A stretch of DNA of 64,000 bases from Candidatus Nanopelagicales bacterium (GTDB lineage Bacteria; Actinomycetota; Actinomycetes; S36-B12). This document shows positions 28,184-38,632 of the stretch, one piece after another. Positions within the stretch are counted from its first letter, which is position 1; each line of letters begins with the position of its first letter. A model generated the notes under the pieces. That model made no database searches and was not told the origin of the DNA. It saw only the letters and a program-made list of their open reading frames with translations. Where the stretch lies: assembly GCA_030726915.1 (NCBI GenBank), contig JANRCR010000040.1, positions 49,897 to 113,896 on the forward strand, in the 5' to 3' direction. The position numbers and the translations under genes were made by a program.

Positions 28184-30907
28184 GTGTCCCCACCGGCAGA
28201 ACGTGGCGGTCTGTCGCCGGCTGAACGTCATGCCGCGGCTCGGGAGCGCGCCGCACTCGGGGATTTCCTAGAGCTGTATCCCTTTGGCCTGGACCCCTTC
28301 CAGGTGGCAGGCTGCGCTGCCCTCGCGCAGGGCCGTAGCGTGTTGGTGGCCGCACCCACCGGAGCGGGTAAGACCGTTATTGGTGAGTACGCCGTGCATC
28401 GGGCGCTGGCAGAGGGACGCAAGTGCTTCTACACGACGCCCATCAAGGCTCTGTCGAATCAGAAGTTCCATGATCTAGCCACGCGCTACGGGGCCGATCG
28501 CGTCGGACTGCTGACCGGCGATAACGCCATCAACTCCGAGGCCCCCGTCGTGATCATGACGACCGAGGTGCTCCGCAACATGCTGTACGCCAACTCGCCA
28601 ACACTGCAGGGTCTGGCCTACGTCGTCATGGACGAGGTGCACTACCTGGCGGATCGCTTCCGGGGCGCCGTGTGGGAGGAGGTCATCATTCACCTGCCGC
28701 GTGGTATTCATCTTGCCGCTCTGTCAGCGACGGTGAGCAATGCGGAGGAGTTCGGGGAGTGGCTGGGGACGGTCCGGGGACCCACCGACGTCGTTGTCGA
28801 TGAGCATCGACCCGTGCCGTTGTGGCAGCAGGTCATGGTGGGACAAAGACTGTTGGATCTCTTCGTCGACGATGAGGGACAGCGTGTCAATCCGGAGCTT
28901 GTCCGCATCGCTAAGGAGTCGACCCGCTGGTCCGACGAGCGAGGTCGGGGTGGGCGTCGACCTCGGACACGGGACCGATTGACCCCGTGGAGGACCGATG
29001 TCGTGTCAGCACTGCATGACGACCACCTGCTTCCCGGGATCACCTTCATCTTCAGCCGAGCCGGGTGCGACGCAGCAGTGGAGCAGTGTCTGGGTTCCCA
29101 CCTGATGCTCACCACCCCGGAGGAACGCCGCCAGATCGAGGACCTGGCGGAGTCGCGCACGGCGGACCTCCCCCTGGAGGACCTGGCGATCTTGGGATAT
29201 GCCACGTGGCGGGAGGGTCTGCGACGTGGGGTAGCGGCACATCATGCGGGACTCCTGCCCCTCTTTAAGGAGGTGGTCGAGGACCTGTTCCAGCGCGGCC
29301 TGATCAAGATGGTTTTTGCAACGGAGACCCTGGCTCTCGGCATCAACATGCCGGCCCGCACCGTGGTACTTGAGCGCCTGGTGAAGTGGAACGGTGAGTC
29401 TCACGTGGACATCACCCCCGGGGAGTACACGCAGTTGACGGGCCGTGCTGGGCGCCGGGGCATTGACGTGGAAGGTCACGCCGTCGTGGTCTGGCATCCC
29501 GGTCTGGACCCGCAGTCGCTGGCCGGTCTTGCCTCGACGCGGACATATCCGCTGCGGTCAAGTTTTCGTCCGTCGTACAACATGGCTGTGAGCCTCATCC
29601 GTCAGATGGGTCGCACCAAGGCCCGTGACATCCTCGAGACATCCTTTGCGCAGTTTCAGGCCGATCGAGCCGTCGTCGGGATAGCCGCCCAGGTGAAGCG
29701 CAATGCCGAGGCTCTCGCGGGATATCGCGAGGCGATGACCTGTCATCTGGGGGATTTTGCCCAGTATGCGGATCTCCGGCGACAACTGTCGGATCTGGAA
29801 CGCGATGGTTCACGCCAGCGCCATCGTCGCGACCGCGCCCTCATCGAGGAATCACTGCGCGCGATGCGTGTCGGGGATGTCGTCGCTGTCCCGTCAGGCA
29901 GGCGCATCACGCCCGCGGTGGTCATCGCGGTCGACCAGCCGGCTCTCGACTCCTCACCACGTCCCACGGTCGTCATGCTCGATCGCAGTCTGCGTCGCCT
30001 GGGTGCCGGTGAATTGCCCGGACCTGTGGCGGTCCTGGGGCGAGTGCGGATCCCACGCGGCTTCTCGGGCCGCTCTGCCTCGGACCGACGCGCACTTGCT
30101 GCCGATCTCAAGCCGTTCATCGACGACGCCTCGGCTGTACGGCCTGCGCGTCGTCAGCCCGTGGGTGTTGAGGACGCGGTAGCAGAGATTCGGTCCCGGA
30201 TGCGTCAGCATCCGTGTCACGGTTGTGCCGACCGCGAAGCACATGCGCGATGGGCTGAGAGATCCCTGCGATTGGAGAAGGAAACTGCGAAGTTGCAGGC
30301 ACGAGTGGACTCACGCTCAACATCCGTAGCACGACAGTTTGATCGCATCTGCGATCTGCTCATGCACCTGGGCTACCTGTCCGGATCAGCGGAGGATCCT
30401 CAGGTCACATCGCGCGGAGACATCCTCGCCGGTATCTACTCCGACGCTGACCTGCTGGTGTCTCAGGCCATTGCGGAGACGTCATGGGACGACCTGGATC
30501 CGCCTCAGTTGGCCGCCCTCGCCGGAGCGATCGTCTACGAGGGGCGGCAGCGCGAGGATGCCCCCCGGGTGCCCGGGGGACTCGTGCGCCAGGCGGTGGA
30601 CTCCGCCATCAGCGTCAGTCTTGATCTTGCCGAGGTGGAGGCCAAGTTCGGTGTTCCTCGCACCCACGAGTTGGACTTGGGTTTCGTCTGGCCGCTCTAT
30701 CGCTGGGCACAGGGCGGCGCCCTGGGGACGATCCTTGCGGATACCGAGTTGGCCGCCGGAGACTTCGTCCGATGGACACGTCAGGCCATTGACCTGCTGG
30801 ATCAGATCCGAGAGGCCGTTCCTCCCGACCATGTGCTGCGACGCAATGCTCGACGGGCTCGCGACCTCATCGATCGCGGCATCGTGGCCTACGCCGTATC
30901 ACCCTGA
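28184..30907 (+). CDS. helY: Ski2-like DEAD/DEAH-box RNA helicase HelY
   Basis: 907 aa. Walker A APTGAGKT, DEVH box (VMDEVHYL) and motif VATETLALGINMPA. The position after tatC is the conserved one. Confidence 0.9.
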   Translation: MSPPAERGGLSPAERHAAARERAALGDFLELYPFGLDPFQVAGCAALAQGRSVLVAAPTGAGKTVIGEYAVHRALAEGRKCFYTTPIKALSNQKFHDLATRYGADRVGLLTGDNAINSEAPVVIMTTEVLRNMLYANSPTLQGLAYVVMDEVHYLADRFRGAVWEEVIIHLPRGIHLAALSATVSNAEEFGEWLGTVRGPTDVVVDEHRPVPLWQQVMVGQRLLDLFVDDEGQRVNPELVRIAKESTRWSDERGRGGRRPRTRDRLTPWRTDVVSALHDDHLLPGITFIFSRAGCDAAVEQCLGSHLMLTTPEERRQIEDLAESRTADLPLEDLAILGYATWREGLRRGVAAHHAGLLPLFKEVVEDLFQRGLIKMVFATETLALGINMPARTVVLERLVKWNGESHVDITPGEYTQLTGRAGRRGIDVEGHAVVVWHPGLDPQSLAGLASTRTYPLRSSFRPSYNMAVSLIRQMGRTKARDILETSFAQFQADRAVVGIAAQVKRNAEALAGYREAMTCHLGDFAQYADLRRQLSDLERDGSRQRHRRDRALIEESLRAMRVGDVVAVPSGRRITPAVVIAVDQPALDSSPRPTVVMLDRSLRRLGAGELPGPVAVLGRVRIPRGFSGRSASDRRALAADLKPFIDDASAVRPARRQPVGVEDAVAEIRSRMRQHPCHGCADREAHARWAERSLRLEKETAKLQARVDSRSTSVARQFDRICDLLMHLGYLSGSAEDPQVTSRGDILAGIYSDADLLVSQAIAETSWDDLDPPQLAALAGAIVYEGRQREDAPRVPGGLVRQAVDSAISVSLDLAEVEAKFGVPRTHELDLGFVWPLYRWAQGGALGTILADTELAAGDFVRWTRQAIDLLDQIREAVPPDHVLRRNARRARDLIDRGIVAYAVSP

Positions 30908-31837
30908 CCGGTCGAAGGCCTCCAGCAGTCGCCTCGTGGGCGCCTCCACACCCCAGTGCTGGGCAACAGCCAACGCCTGGTGCGCGTCCACGTCCATGGG
31001 TGCTGGGAGTGCCACTCGATCGGGTTGCGGCACGAGGCGCACCACCCGATCCGCTCGATCCAGCGCCGGCCAGGCGCTCATGAGCCGACGCCGCACAGCC
31101 GGGGTCATCGGCGCTGATGAGCCGGGGTCTTCCGCAGCCGTGCGAATGCTGGTGAGATCGCCAAATGCGCGAATGAGCGCCAGCGCCGTCTTGTCACCGA
31201 TTCCCGGGGCACCGGGAAGCCCATCGGATGGATCCCCACGCAGAATCGCGAGGTCCGCATAGCGGCTCGGAGGCAATCCGAATCGCTCCTCAACGGCGTG
31301 AGGATCCCACACCACCCAGGGTTGCCCACCCCGTGACGCAGACGAGCCACCGGTGAAGAGCATGGTCACGCGATCGTTGACCAGTTGGACAAGATCACGG
31401 TCACCGGATGCGATATCCACGTCCTGAGCCTGAGGGCTCAGGTCAGCGATGACATCATCCGCCTCCGCCGACGGACGTCCGACGACGGGAATCCCCACGA
31501 GCGGGAGCAACTCCCGCAGGACGTCAACCTGAGGGGCCAGCGTGTCGGGGACATCCTCGGAGGCTGAGGCCGCAACGTCCGTGGCCGAGACCGTGGTCTC
31601 GGCCACGCGGTGGGCCTTGTAACTCGGCATGAGTTCAACCCGCCACGCGGGACGCCAATCCTCGTCCCAGCAGGCAACGACCCTGGTGGTGCGGCGATTG
31701 AGGACCACGGCGGTGACGGTGTCGAGGAATCCGCGTACGGCGTTGATGGGCATTCCGTTGGGAGCGGTGAGCGACTCGGGGAGGGCGTAGTAGGCGCGGT
31801 AGTACAAGGACGCGCTGTCCAGGAGTAAGAGTGACAC
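30899..31837 (-). CDS. 5'-3' exonuclease (Pol I N-terminal/FEN-like)
   Basis: 312 aa, GTG start at 31837, MSLLLLDSASLYYRAYYALPESL.... An H3TH-like GIGDKTA motif is present. It overlaps the convergent helY by 9 nt. Confidence 0.87.
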   Translation of the reverse strand: MSLLLLDSASLYYRAYYALPESLTAPNGMPINAVRGFLDTVTAVVLNRRTTRVVACWDEDWRPAWRVELMPSYKAHRVAETTVSATDVAASASEDVPDTLAPQVDVLRELLPLVGIPVVGRPSAEADDVIADLSPQAQDVDIASGDRDLVQLVNDRVTMLFTGGSSASRGGQPWVVWDPHAVEERFGLPPSRYADLAILRGDPSDGLPGAPGIGDKTALALIRAFGDLTSIRTAAEDPGSSAPMTPAVRRRLMSAWPALDRADRVVRLVPQPDRVALPAPMDVDAHQALAVAQHWGVEAPTRRLLEAFDRSG

Positions 31838-31890
31838 GCGTCATCGTCCCGCGATGGGTGCACCTGGGTCGATCGGGGTACCGTTTCACC

Positions 31891-32997
31891 ATGGTGCCTG
31901 GGGAGATATCCGACCGATTGGCCCGTGCGCGCGCCCTAGCCCAGGACGCAGGTTGGGATGCGATGTTGATCACCCCCGGCCCTGACCTGAGATATCTCGC
32001 AGGCTACGACGCGGTCCCGCTGGAGCGGGTGACGTGCCTCGTTGTGCCGACGGATGGGGATCCTGTCCTCGTGGTCCCCGGCCTCGAACGAGCAGCCGCA
32101 GAAGCATCGCCGCTTGCTTCAGCGGGGGTACCCATCCTCACCTGGGCTGAGACGGACAATCCCTACGCGCTGGTCGCATCCCTCGTGCCCACGGCACGTC
32201 GGGTGGGCGTGGACGACCACATGTGGGCGGTCAAGGTGTTGCGCTTGCGGGCAGCGATGCCTGACGTTGAGCAGGAGCCGGCGGGACTCGTTTTGTCGAC
32301 CATGAGGATGCGCAAGTCCAGGGATGAACTCGAGGCGCTGCGCAGAGCTGCGGCTGCCATCGACGCCGTACATGATCAGGTGCCGGATCTGCTGCGCATG
32401 GGACGCACCGAGCGTGAGGTGGGGCGCGATATTGCCGCTCTGATCCTGGAGGCGGGGCATGTCAGCACGGATTTTGTGATTGTCGCCTCCGGACCCAACG
32501 GTGCCAGCCCCCACCACGAGGTATCGGATCGCATCCTGCGCATGGGGGATCCCATTGTCGTGGATATCGGGGGCACCATGCCGGATGGCTACTGCAGTGA
32601 TGAGACCCGAACCTATGCGCTGGGGGATCCGGGGCCTGAGTATCTGCATGCGTATGCGGTGCTTCTCGAGGCTCAACGCATGGCGACTAACGGTGTCCGA
32701 CCCGGTGTGCCGTGCGAGGAGATCGACACACTCGCCCGCGACCATCTCACCTCCCACGGACTGGGGGACCTCTTCATCCATCGCACCGGCCACGGGATCG
32801 GCCTTGAGACTCATGAGGATCCGTACATCGTCCAGGGGAATGCGCTTCCCCTGGAACCGGGCATGGTCTTCAGCATTGAGCCGGGTTTTTATGCCGAGGG
32901 CCGCTGGGGGGCCCGCATTGAAGACATTGTTGCCTGTGGAGATGACGGAGCCGTCGTCCTCAATCAACAACCTCGCGACCTCATCGTCGTAGGCTGA
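31891..32997 (+). CDS. M24 family metallopeptidase (Xaa-Pro dipeptidase-like)
   Basis: ORF 31831..32997. I chose the ATG at 31891 (MVPGEISDRLARARALAQDAGWDAMLITPG) by homolog N-termini. The metal-ligand region has HRTGHGIGLETHE and SIEPG. Confidence 0.87.
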   Translation: MVPGEISDRLARARALAQDAGWDAMLITPGPDLRYLAGYDAVPLERVTCLVVPTDGDPVLVVPGLERAAAEASPLASAGVPILTWAETDNPYALVASLVPTARRVGVDDHMWAVKVLRLRAAMPDVEQEPAGLVLSTMRMRKSRDELEALRRAAAAIDAVHDQVPDLLRMGRTEREVGRDIAALILEAGHVSTDFVIVASGPNGASPHHEVSDRILRMGDPIVVDIGGTMPDGYCSDETRTYALGDPGPEYLHAYAVLLEAQRMATNGVRPGVPCEEIDTLARDHLTSHGLGDLFIHRTGHGIGLETHEDPYIVQGNALPLEPGMVFSIEPGFYAEGRWGARIEDIVACGDDGAVVLNQQPRDLIVVG

Positions 32998-33033
32998 AGG
33001 ATTGGCCGTGCGGGCGCGACGGCTGGGCGAATC

Positions 33034-34653
33034 ATGAGTTCACTTCTGCTGCGCGCCGGTCACATTTACAGCCCGGAGGACCCCTTCGCGACCGCAATCC
33101 TGGTGGTCGATGGCGACGTCGCGTGGATCGGTGACGAAGGTGGCGCCGACGTCCACGCCGCCGACATGGATGCCGTCGTGCACCTTCACGGTGCCCTCGT
33201 CACACCGGCCTTCGTCGATGCACATGTCCACACGACATCCACGGGGCTGACACTCACCGGTCTTGATCTCACGGGCACGAGCAGCATGATCGACTGCCTC
33301 CATGCCCTGCGATCCTTCACGGCACCCGGCTCGGTCATTCTCGGGCATGGATGGGATGAGTCGACCTGGCCCGACGGTCGCGTGCCCACGACCGCGGAGA
33401 TTGATGCGGCCGTGGGTGACATGCCCGTCTATGTGACCCGCATTGACGTTCACTCCGCCCTGGTGTCGTCGGCACTGCGACGTATGCGGCCGGACGCCGT
33501 GATGATGCGGGGCTGGGATCCCACGGGCCCTGTCTCACGCGAGGCTCACCATGCCCTGCGCGATGCCGCCCTCGGCATGGTGTCGGCCGATCATCGATCC
33601 CATGCGCAACAGATGGCCCTGGGAGTGGCCGCATCGCGGGGGATCGCCAGTGTCCACGAAAACGGGGGACCGTCGATCAGCAGCCGGGACGATTTCCTCG
33701 AGGTGCTGAATCTGGGTGCAGATCCGCAGTATCCGGAGGTCATCGGCTACTGGGGCCGGTTGCACGGTCAGGACGAGGCGGCAGCACTCGGGGCGCGCGG
33801 CGCCGCGGGGGACCTCTTCGTGGATGGATCCCTGGGATCACACACCGCGTGTCTGCTCGACCCGTACGCCGACCAGCGGGAGAGCCGGGGGACGGCGTAC
33901 CTCGATGCGGATGATGTCGCAGAGCACATCGTCGCGTCGACAGAAGCAGGACAGCAGGGGGGCTTTCACGTCATCGGCGATGGCGCGACGCAGATTGTGG
34001 CGGATGGTTTTAGCCTGGCGCGGCGACGCATCGGTGCGGATCGGCTTCGGGCTGCGCGTCATCGACTTGAGCACCTGGAGATGCCATCGAGTGACCACCT
34101 GCGTTTCTTCTCCGACATCGGCGTCGTTGCCAGTGTTCAGCCGGCGTTTGATGCCGCCTGGGGTGGCCCCTCCGGGATGTACTCCCAGCGGCTGGGTGTC
34201 ACTCGAGCCCAGACACTCAACCCCTTCGCCCACATGACATCCACGGGTGTGGTGTTGGCTTTCGGTTCCGATGCGCCGGTCACGCCGCTGGACCCCTGGG
34301 GGAGTGTGCGCGCAGCCGCCTGGCACCACACGGTGGACCATCGCATCAGCGTCCGCTCGGCATTTGCCGCCCACACCCGGGGTGGGCGGCGTGCTGCCCG
34401 TGACGAGGCTCGAGAGCCGGGGGTGCTCATGCGTGGTGCTCCGGCGACATATGCCATCTGGGCACCGGGACCCTTGGCCGTTCAAGCACCAGATGGACGG
34501 GTGGCAGCCTGGAGCACCGATCCGCGATCTGGCACACCACCCCTGCCGGACCTCCAGGGATCACAGCCCGTGTGCTGGCGCACCGTGCGCGCTGGAGCGG
34601 TGATCTTCGACAGTGGAGATCTTGATGGCGGAGCCACCGTGAGCGGGCCATGA
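33034..34653 (+). CDS. Amidohydrolase family protein (YtcJ-like metal-dependent hydrolase)
   Basis: 539 aa. FVDAHVHT metal-binding motif and later HVIGDGA and GSDAPV. Confidence 0.83.
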   Translation: MSSLLLRAGHIYSPEDPFATAILVVDGDVAWIGDEGGADVHAADMDAVVHLHGALVTPAFVDAHVHTTSTGLTLTGLDLTGTSSMIDCLHALRSFTAPGSVILGHGWDESTWPDGRVPTTAEIDAAVGDMPVYVTRIDVHSALVSSALRRMRPDAVMMRGWDPTGPVSREAHHALRDAALGMVSADHRSHAQQMALGVAASRGIASVHENGGPSISSRDDFLEVLNLGADPQYPEVIGYWGRLHGQDEAAALGARGAAGDLFVDGSLGSHTACLLDPYADQRESRGTAYLDADDVAEHIVASTEAGQQGGFHVIGDGATQIVADGFSLARRRIGADRLRAARHRLEHLEMPSSDHLRFFSDIGVVASVQPAFDAAWGGPSGMYSQRLGVTRAQTLNPFAHMTSTGVVLAFGSDAPVTPLDPWGSVRAAAWHHTVDHRISVRSAFAAHTRGGRRAARDEAREPGVLMRGAPATYAIWAPGPLAVQAPDGRVAAWSTDPRSGTPPLPDLQGSQPVCWRTVRAGAVIFDSGDLDGGATVSGP

Positions 34654-36164
34654 CCCTGTGGATCCGTGTGCTGCTGTCCAGTGTCTCCGGTGTTCTGCTC
34701 GCCCTGTCCTTCCCACCGTATGGCGCATCCCTTCTCGCTCCGGTGGGGGTCGCACTGCTTGCCCTCGCTATCCGGGGCAGCAATCCCGGGCGTGCCCTAC
34801 TGCTCGGAGCCATTCAAGGATCTGTGTCCTTCGGGATTCTGCTGCGCTGGATGAGTGTGGTGGGACCGGATGCATGGATCCTGTTGACGGGGGTGTGCGC
34901 CGCCTGGATTGCGCTCATGGCGGTGACGTGGGCGCTCGTCAGCCGCCTCGCCTGGTGGCCCCTGTGGTTCGCCTGTCTCTGGGTGGCGCAGGAGGCGTTG
35001 CGCGACCGTATTCCGCTCGGCGGGTTCCCCTGGGGGCGACTGGCCTTCGCCCAAACGGCGACGAGCCTGACTCCGTGGGCAGCCATCGGTGGGGCAGCAC
35101 TCGTGACCTTTGCCACGGCACTGGCGGGCACCCTGTTGGCCTATGTGGTGGTGTCTTGGCGGGCAGGTGAACGGCGATGGTCCACCGCTGCCGCAGGAGG
35201 AATTCTCGTGATCGCGCTGGCGGGACTCCTGATCCCGCGACCCACGACGAGTGAGTCGACCGCCACGCTAGCGGTGATCCAGGGAGGGGTGGTCTCGACG
35301 GGGTTGTCCGTCAGTGATGAGCGCCGTGCCGTCTTTGATCGTCACATTGCCGCGACCCTCGCGCTAGCCGAACGCGTTGATGCAGGAGAGGTGCCGGCCC
35401 CGCGGGGTGTCATCTGGCCCGAAAACTCCGTCGACATCGATCCCAGCCGGGATCCGCAGGTGCGGTCAGCGCTCGATGCGGCTGTTCGGGCGGTGCAGGC
35501 GCCCATCCTGATCGGGGCCGTGGTGGATGTCGATGCCGACCTCGTGGCGAATGTGGGGATTGTCTGGGATGAGTCGGGTCCCGGTGACAGCTACATCAAG
35601 CGACACCCCGTGCCGTTCGGTGAGTACGTGCCCTTTCGCAGCCTCCTGACATCCGTGATCGGCCGATTCGCACTGGTCCCACGCGATTTCATCGCTGGCC
35701 AGAGCCCGGGCGTCCTCGACCTCGGTGGTGTGCTGGTCGCTGATGTCATCTGCTTCGAAATTGCCTATGACGACATCGTGCGTGACGCCGTCATCGCGGG
35801 TGGCCAGGTCATCGTCGTGCAAACGAACAACGCGACGTTTGCGGGACTGGGCCAGCCGGAGCAGCAGATAGCCATGTCTCGGCTCAGAGCTGTCGAGCAT
35901 GGTCGCGCCGTCCTCGTGGCTGCGACGTCCGGCATCAGCGCCGTGATTGCACCCGATGGATCTATAGAGGCCGAGATCGGAGAGGACGGGAGCGGCTCCC
36001 TGGTGGCCACCGTTCCCCTGCGTGACTCCGTGACCGTTGCCGACCGGCTGGGAGAGATTCCGGAGTTCGGCCTGTCTCTCCTCGGTGCCGCGGTGGTGGG
36101 ATGGGCACTGCTACGCCGCCGCCCCGCGCCCGGGGATCCGACGGCGCCTAGGCTCGACCCATGA
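34650..36164 (+). CDS. lnt: Apolipoprotein N-acyltransferase
   Basis: ATGA overlap with the amidohydrolase gene. A polytopic N-terminal half is followed by a CN-hydrolase domain with catalytic Cys in [10 protein letters not shown]. Confidence 0.9.
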   Translation: MTLWIRVLLSSVSGVLLALSFPPYGASLLAPVGVALLALAIRGSNPGRALLLGAIQGSVSFGILLRWMSVVGPDAWILLTGVCAAWIALMAVTWALVSRLAWWPLWFACLWVAQEALRDRIPLGGFPWGRLAFAQTATSLTPWAAIGGAALVTFATALAGTLLAYVVVSWRAGERRWSTAAAGGILVIALAGLLIPRPTTSESTATLAVIQGGVVSTGLSVSDERRAVFDRHIAATLALAERVDAGEVPAPRGVIWPENSVDIDPSRDPQVRSALDAAVRAVQAPILIGAVVDVDADLVANVGIVWDESGPGDSYIKRHPVPFGEYVPFRSLLTSVIGRFALVPRDFIAGQSPGVLDLGGVLVADVICFEIAYDDIVRDAVIAGGQVIVVQTNNATFAGLGQPEQQIAMSRLRAVEHGRAVLVAATSGISAVIAPDGSIEAEIGEDGSGSLVATVPLRDSVTVADRLGEIPEFGLSLLGAAVVGWALLRRRPAPGDPTAPRLDP

Positions 36165-36883
36165 GGACTCTGGTCATCATTCCCACCTACAACGAGTCCG
36201 AGTCCCTTCCCTCACTCCTTGAGCGCCTGCGTCGTGCTGTGCCGCATGCCGACGTGTTGATTGCGGATGACAATTCCCCCGATGGCACAGGTGCCCTCGC
36301 GGACGCGTTCGCTGAGAGTGATCCGGCCATTCATGTGCTCCATCGGCCGAGCAAAGCTGGGCTGGGAGCGGCGTACCTCGCGGGCTTCGCCTGGGGTTTG
36401 GAGCGTGAGTACGACGTCCTGGTTGAGATGGATGCTGACGGTTCCCATCGACCTGAGGAACTGCCACGGTTGCTCGCTCTCATACCACCAGCCGACGTCG
36501 TGCTCGGGTCCCGCTGGGTCTCGGGCGGTTCCGTCGTCAACTGGCCCGCTTCTCGACGACTGCTCTCTCGCGGCGGGAGCTTGTACACCCGGCTCGCGCT
36601 GGGGATCCCGACCCGGGATGCCACCGGTGGGTTCCGCGCCTATCGGGCGAGTGCCCTGCGCGCCCTCGACCTGGACTCCGTGGAATCCAATGGCTACTGC
36701 TTCCAAATCGACCTGCTGTGGCGCGCACTACAGCGCGGGCTGGATGTACGCGAGGTGCCGATCACATTCGTTGAGCGCGAGGCGGGCACCTCCAAAATGA
36801 GCGGAGGGATCGTTCGCGAAGCGCTCCTGAACGTCACACGCTGGGGCGCCGGGTATCGCTGGCGCCAGCTCACAGGCCGCTAG
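36161..36883 (+). CDS. ppm1: Polyprenol monophosphomannose synthase (GT2)
   Basis: ATGA overlap with lnt. Motifs [16 protein letters not shown] and DDNSPDGTG. The lnt-ppm1 pairing is known from mycobacteria. Confidence 0.9.
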   Translation: MRTLVIIPTYNESESLPSLLERLRRAVPHADVLIADDNSPDGTGALADAFAESDPAIHVLHRPSKAGLGAAYLAGFAWGLEREYDVLVEMDADGSHRPEELPRLLALIPPADVVLGSRWVSGGSVVNWPASRRLLSRGGSLYTRLALGIPTRDATGGFRAYRASALRALDLDSVESNGYCFQIDLLWRALQRGLDVREVPITFVEREAGTSKMSGGIVREALLNVTRWGAGYRWRQLTGR

Positions 36884-36909
36884 ATCGTGACTCAGGCACC
36901 GGGTGCGCC

Positions 36910-37389
36910 ATGACCGTGCGAGGCCGTTGGGGCTGCGCACTTCTTCTTGCCTACCCCCTGGTGGAGATCATCCTCGCCGTCGCTGTGGCACGCGTCATCG
37001 GTTGGTGGTGGGTCCTGGTGATCGTCATCGGGTGCATCGTGCTGGGGCTCGGTCTGGTGCGCTATTCCCTGGGAGCGACAGGCCAGTCCCTGCGGTCATC
37101 CCTGGCGCCTCTGCGTGATGAACGTGGAGGCAGAGATGCCCAGCGGCCGGCCATCACCTCAGCGGCGCACCGCCATGTCGCCGCCCCGGCGCAGACGTTG
37201 TTGATCGTTCCGGCGGGGCTACTCATCGCGATCCCGGGCTTTGTAACAACGCTGATGGGCGCTGCCCTGTGGATGCCGCCGGTCCGTCGTCGTACTGCCC
37301 AGCGTTGGGAGGACGCGGCACGTCGCGCGATGCCTCCGGGACCCGGTCGTGCTGCTTGGCCCGAGGAGGGACCAGACGTGCGGCTCTAG
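36910..37389 (+). CDS. fxsA: FxsA family membrane protein
   Basis: 159 aa, N-terminus LLLAYPLVEIILAVAVARVIGWWWVLVIVIG. Confidence 0.8.
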   Translation: MTVRGRWGCALLLAYPLVEIILAVAVARVIGWWWVLVIVIGCIVLGLGLVRYSLGATGQSLRSSLAPLRDERGGRDAQRPAITSAAHRHVAAPAQTLLIVPAGLLIAIPGFVTTLMGAALWMPPVRRRTAQRWEDAARRAMPPGPGRAAWPEEGPDVRL

Positions 37390-37727
37390 GCGCTCTTGCG
37401 ACGTGCGTGCAGCAGAGCGAGCCGCTCATCCAGCAATTCTTCAAGGTCACGGATGGTCCGACGCTCAAGCAGCATGTCCCAGTGCGTGCGCACGGGGCGT
37501 GCCGGCGTGGTGTCGGGACGATCAGCGGCGCGCTGGAGCGCCTCAGCGCCGCAGCGACACTGCCACAGGACCGGAATCTCCTCCGCTTCGGTGGAAAAGG
37601 GTACGGAGGTGATGTGGCCCTGGGGGCAGTCATAGGACACGATGACGCGATCCGCGGGCCGGATGTGGACATCGTTTTCGTAGCTCGTGGCACCTAGCCG
37701 AGTGCCGCGCAGCGAACCCTCGGACAT
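37386..37727 (-). CDS. rbpA: RNA polymerase-binding protein RbpA
   Basis: 113 aa, LRGTRLGATSYENDV...RTHWDMLLERRTIRDLEELLDERL, unmistakably RbpA. It carries C-x3-H...C-x-C candidate Zn ligands. Confidence 0.94.
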   Translation of the reverse strand: MSEGSLRGTRLGATSYENDVHIRPADRVIVSYDCPQGHITSVPFSTEAEEIPVLWQCRCGAEALQRAADRPDTTPARPVRTHWDMLLERRTIRDLEELLDERLALLHARRKSA

Positions 37728-37826
37728 GTTGTCTCCCGTCGTCGACTGATCTTGATAACCGATTCGACGGGTCCACTGTTCCCTCGGTTCCTGGGAGTTC
37801 CGTGAGAATCCGCTATCCGGACGCGG

Positions 37827-38603
37827 CTACTCGCCTCCCGATCCCCATAACCCCCGCCGTTCCAGCACCGAACGCAGCCGGGTGGGATGGTCGGTCATGA
37901 TGCCGTCCACGCCCAGATCGATGAGGGCTTCCATGTCCACCTCGTCATCGATGGTCCAGACATCAACCGCGAGTCCATGGCGATGGGCGAGTGCGATGAC
38001 ATCCGGTGTGGCGAGGCCAAGACCGAGGGCGCGCATCGGAATCTGAATCCGTCGCGGTCGCACGGGCACGCGGGGGAGTGGCGCTCCGGTGGCTGCCAGA
38101 CGTAGGGCCGCCACCTCCCAGGGATGAGCGGATGTGGGTGTTCCGGCCGGGATGAGCGAGCGGACGCGACGTAGTCGACCGGGGGAGAAGGACGTGATGC
38201 ACACTCGCTGCCACGCCTGGCAGCGCTGCACGGCCTCGACCAACGCGGGGATGGAACCGTCCTCCTTGACGTCCACATTGACGTGGACATCCGGAAACGC
38301 CTCGAAGAGTTCCTCCAGGCGCAGGGGAGTGCTGCCATCAGCCAGTGTCAGACGGCGAACTCCCTCCCACGTCGTGTCCCGGACCGGGCCGTGGCCATCG
38401 GTGGTCCGGCCCAGGGAGGCATCGTGGTGCAGCAGAGCAACACCATCACGCGTGGGTCGGATATCGGTTTCGAGATGGGTGTATCCCAGATCGACCGCCC
38501 TGCTGAAAGCGGCTAGGGAGTTCTCGGTGGCCTCACCGGCACCACCCCGGTGCGCATAGGCGCGTACACGCGGCATACCCCCAGTGTCTACGATCAGACC
38601 CAT
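37827..38603 (-). CDS. Glycerophosphodiester phosphodiesterase
   Basis: ORF 37827..38645. The ATG at 38603 is preceded by GAAGGG (alternative ATG at 38576). GDPD motifs YAHRGG and LETDIRPTRDG. Confidence 0.83.
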   Translation of the reverse strand: MGLIVDTGGMPRVRAYAHRGGAGEATENSLAAFSRAVDLGYTHLETDIRPTRDGVALLHHDASLGRTTDGHGPVRDTTWEGVRRLTLADGSTPLRLEELFEAFPDVHVNVDVKEDGSIPALVEAVQRCQAWQRVCITSFSPGRLRRVRSLIPAGTPTSAHPWEVAALRLAATGAPLPRVPVRPRRIQIPMRALGLGLATPDVIALAHRHGLAVDVWTIDDEVDMEALIDLGVDGIMTDHPTRLRSVLERRGLWGSGGE

Positions 38604-38632
38604 ACGGCGCCCTTCGGCGCCACCAGGAGGCG

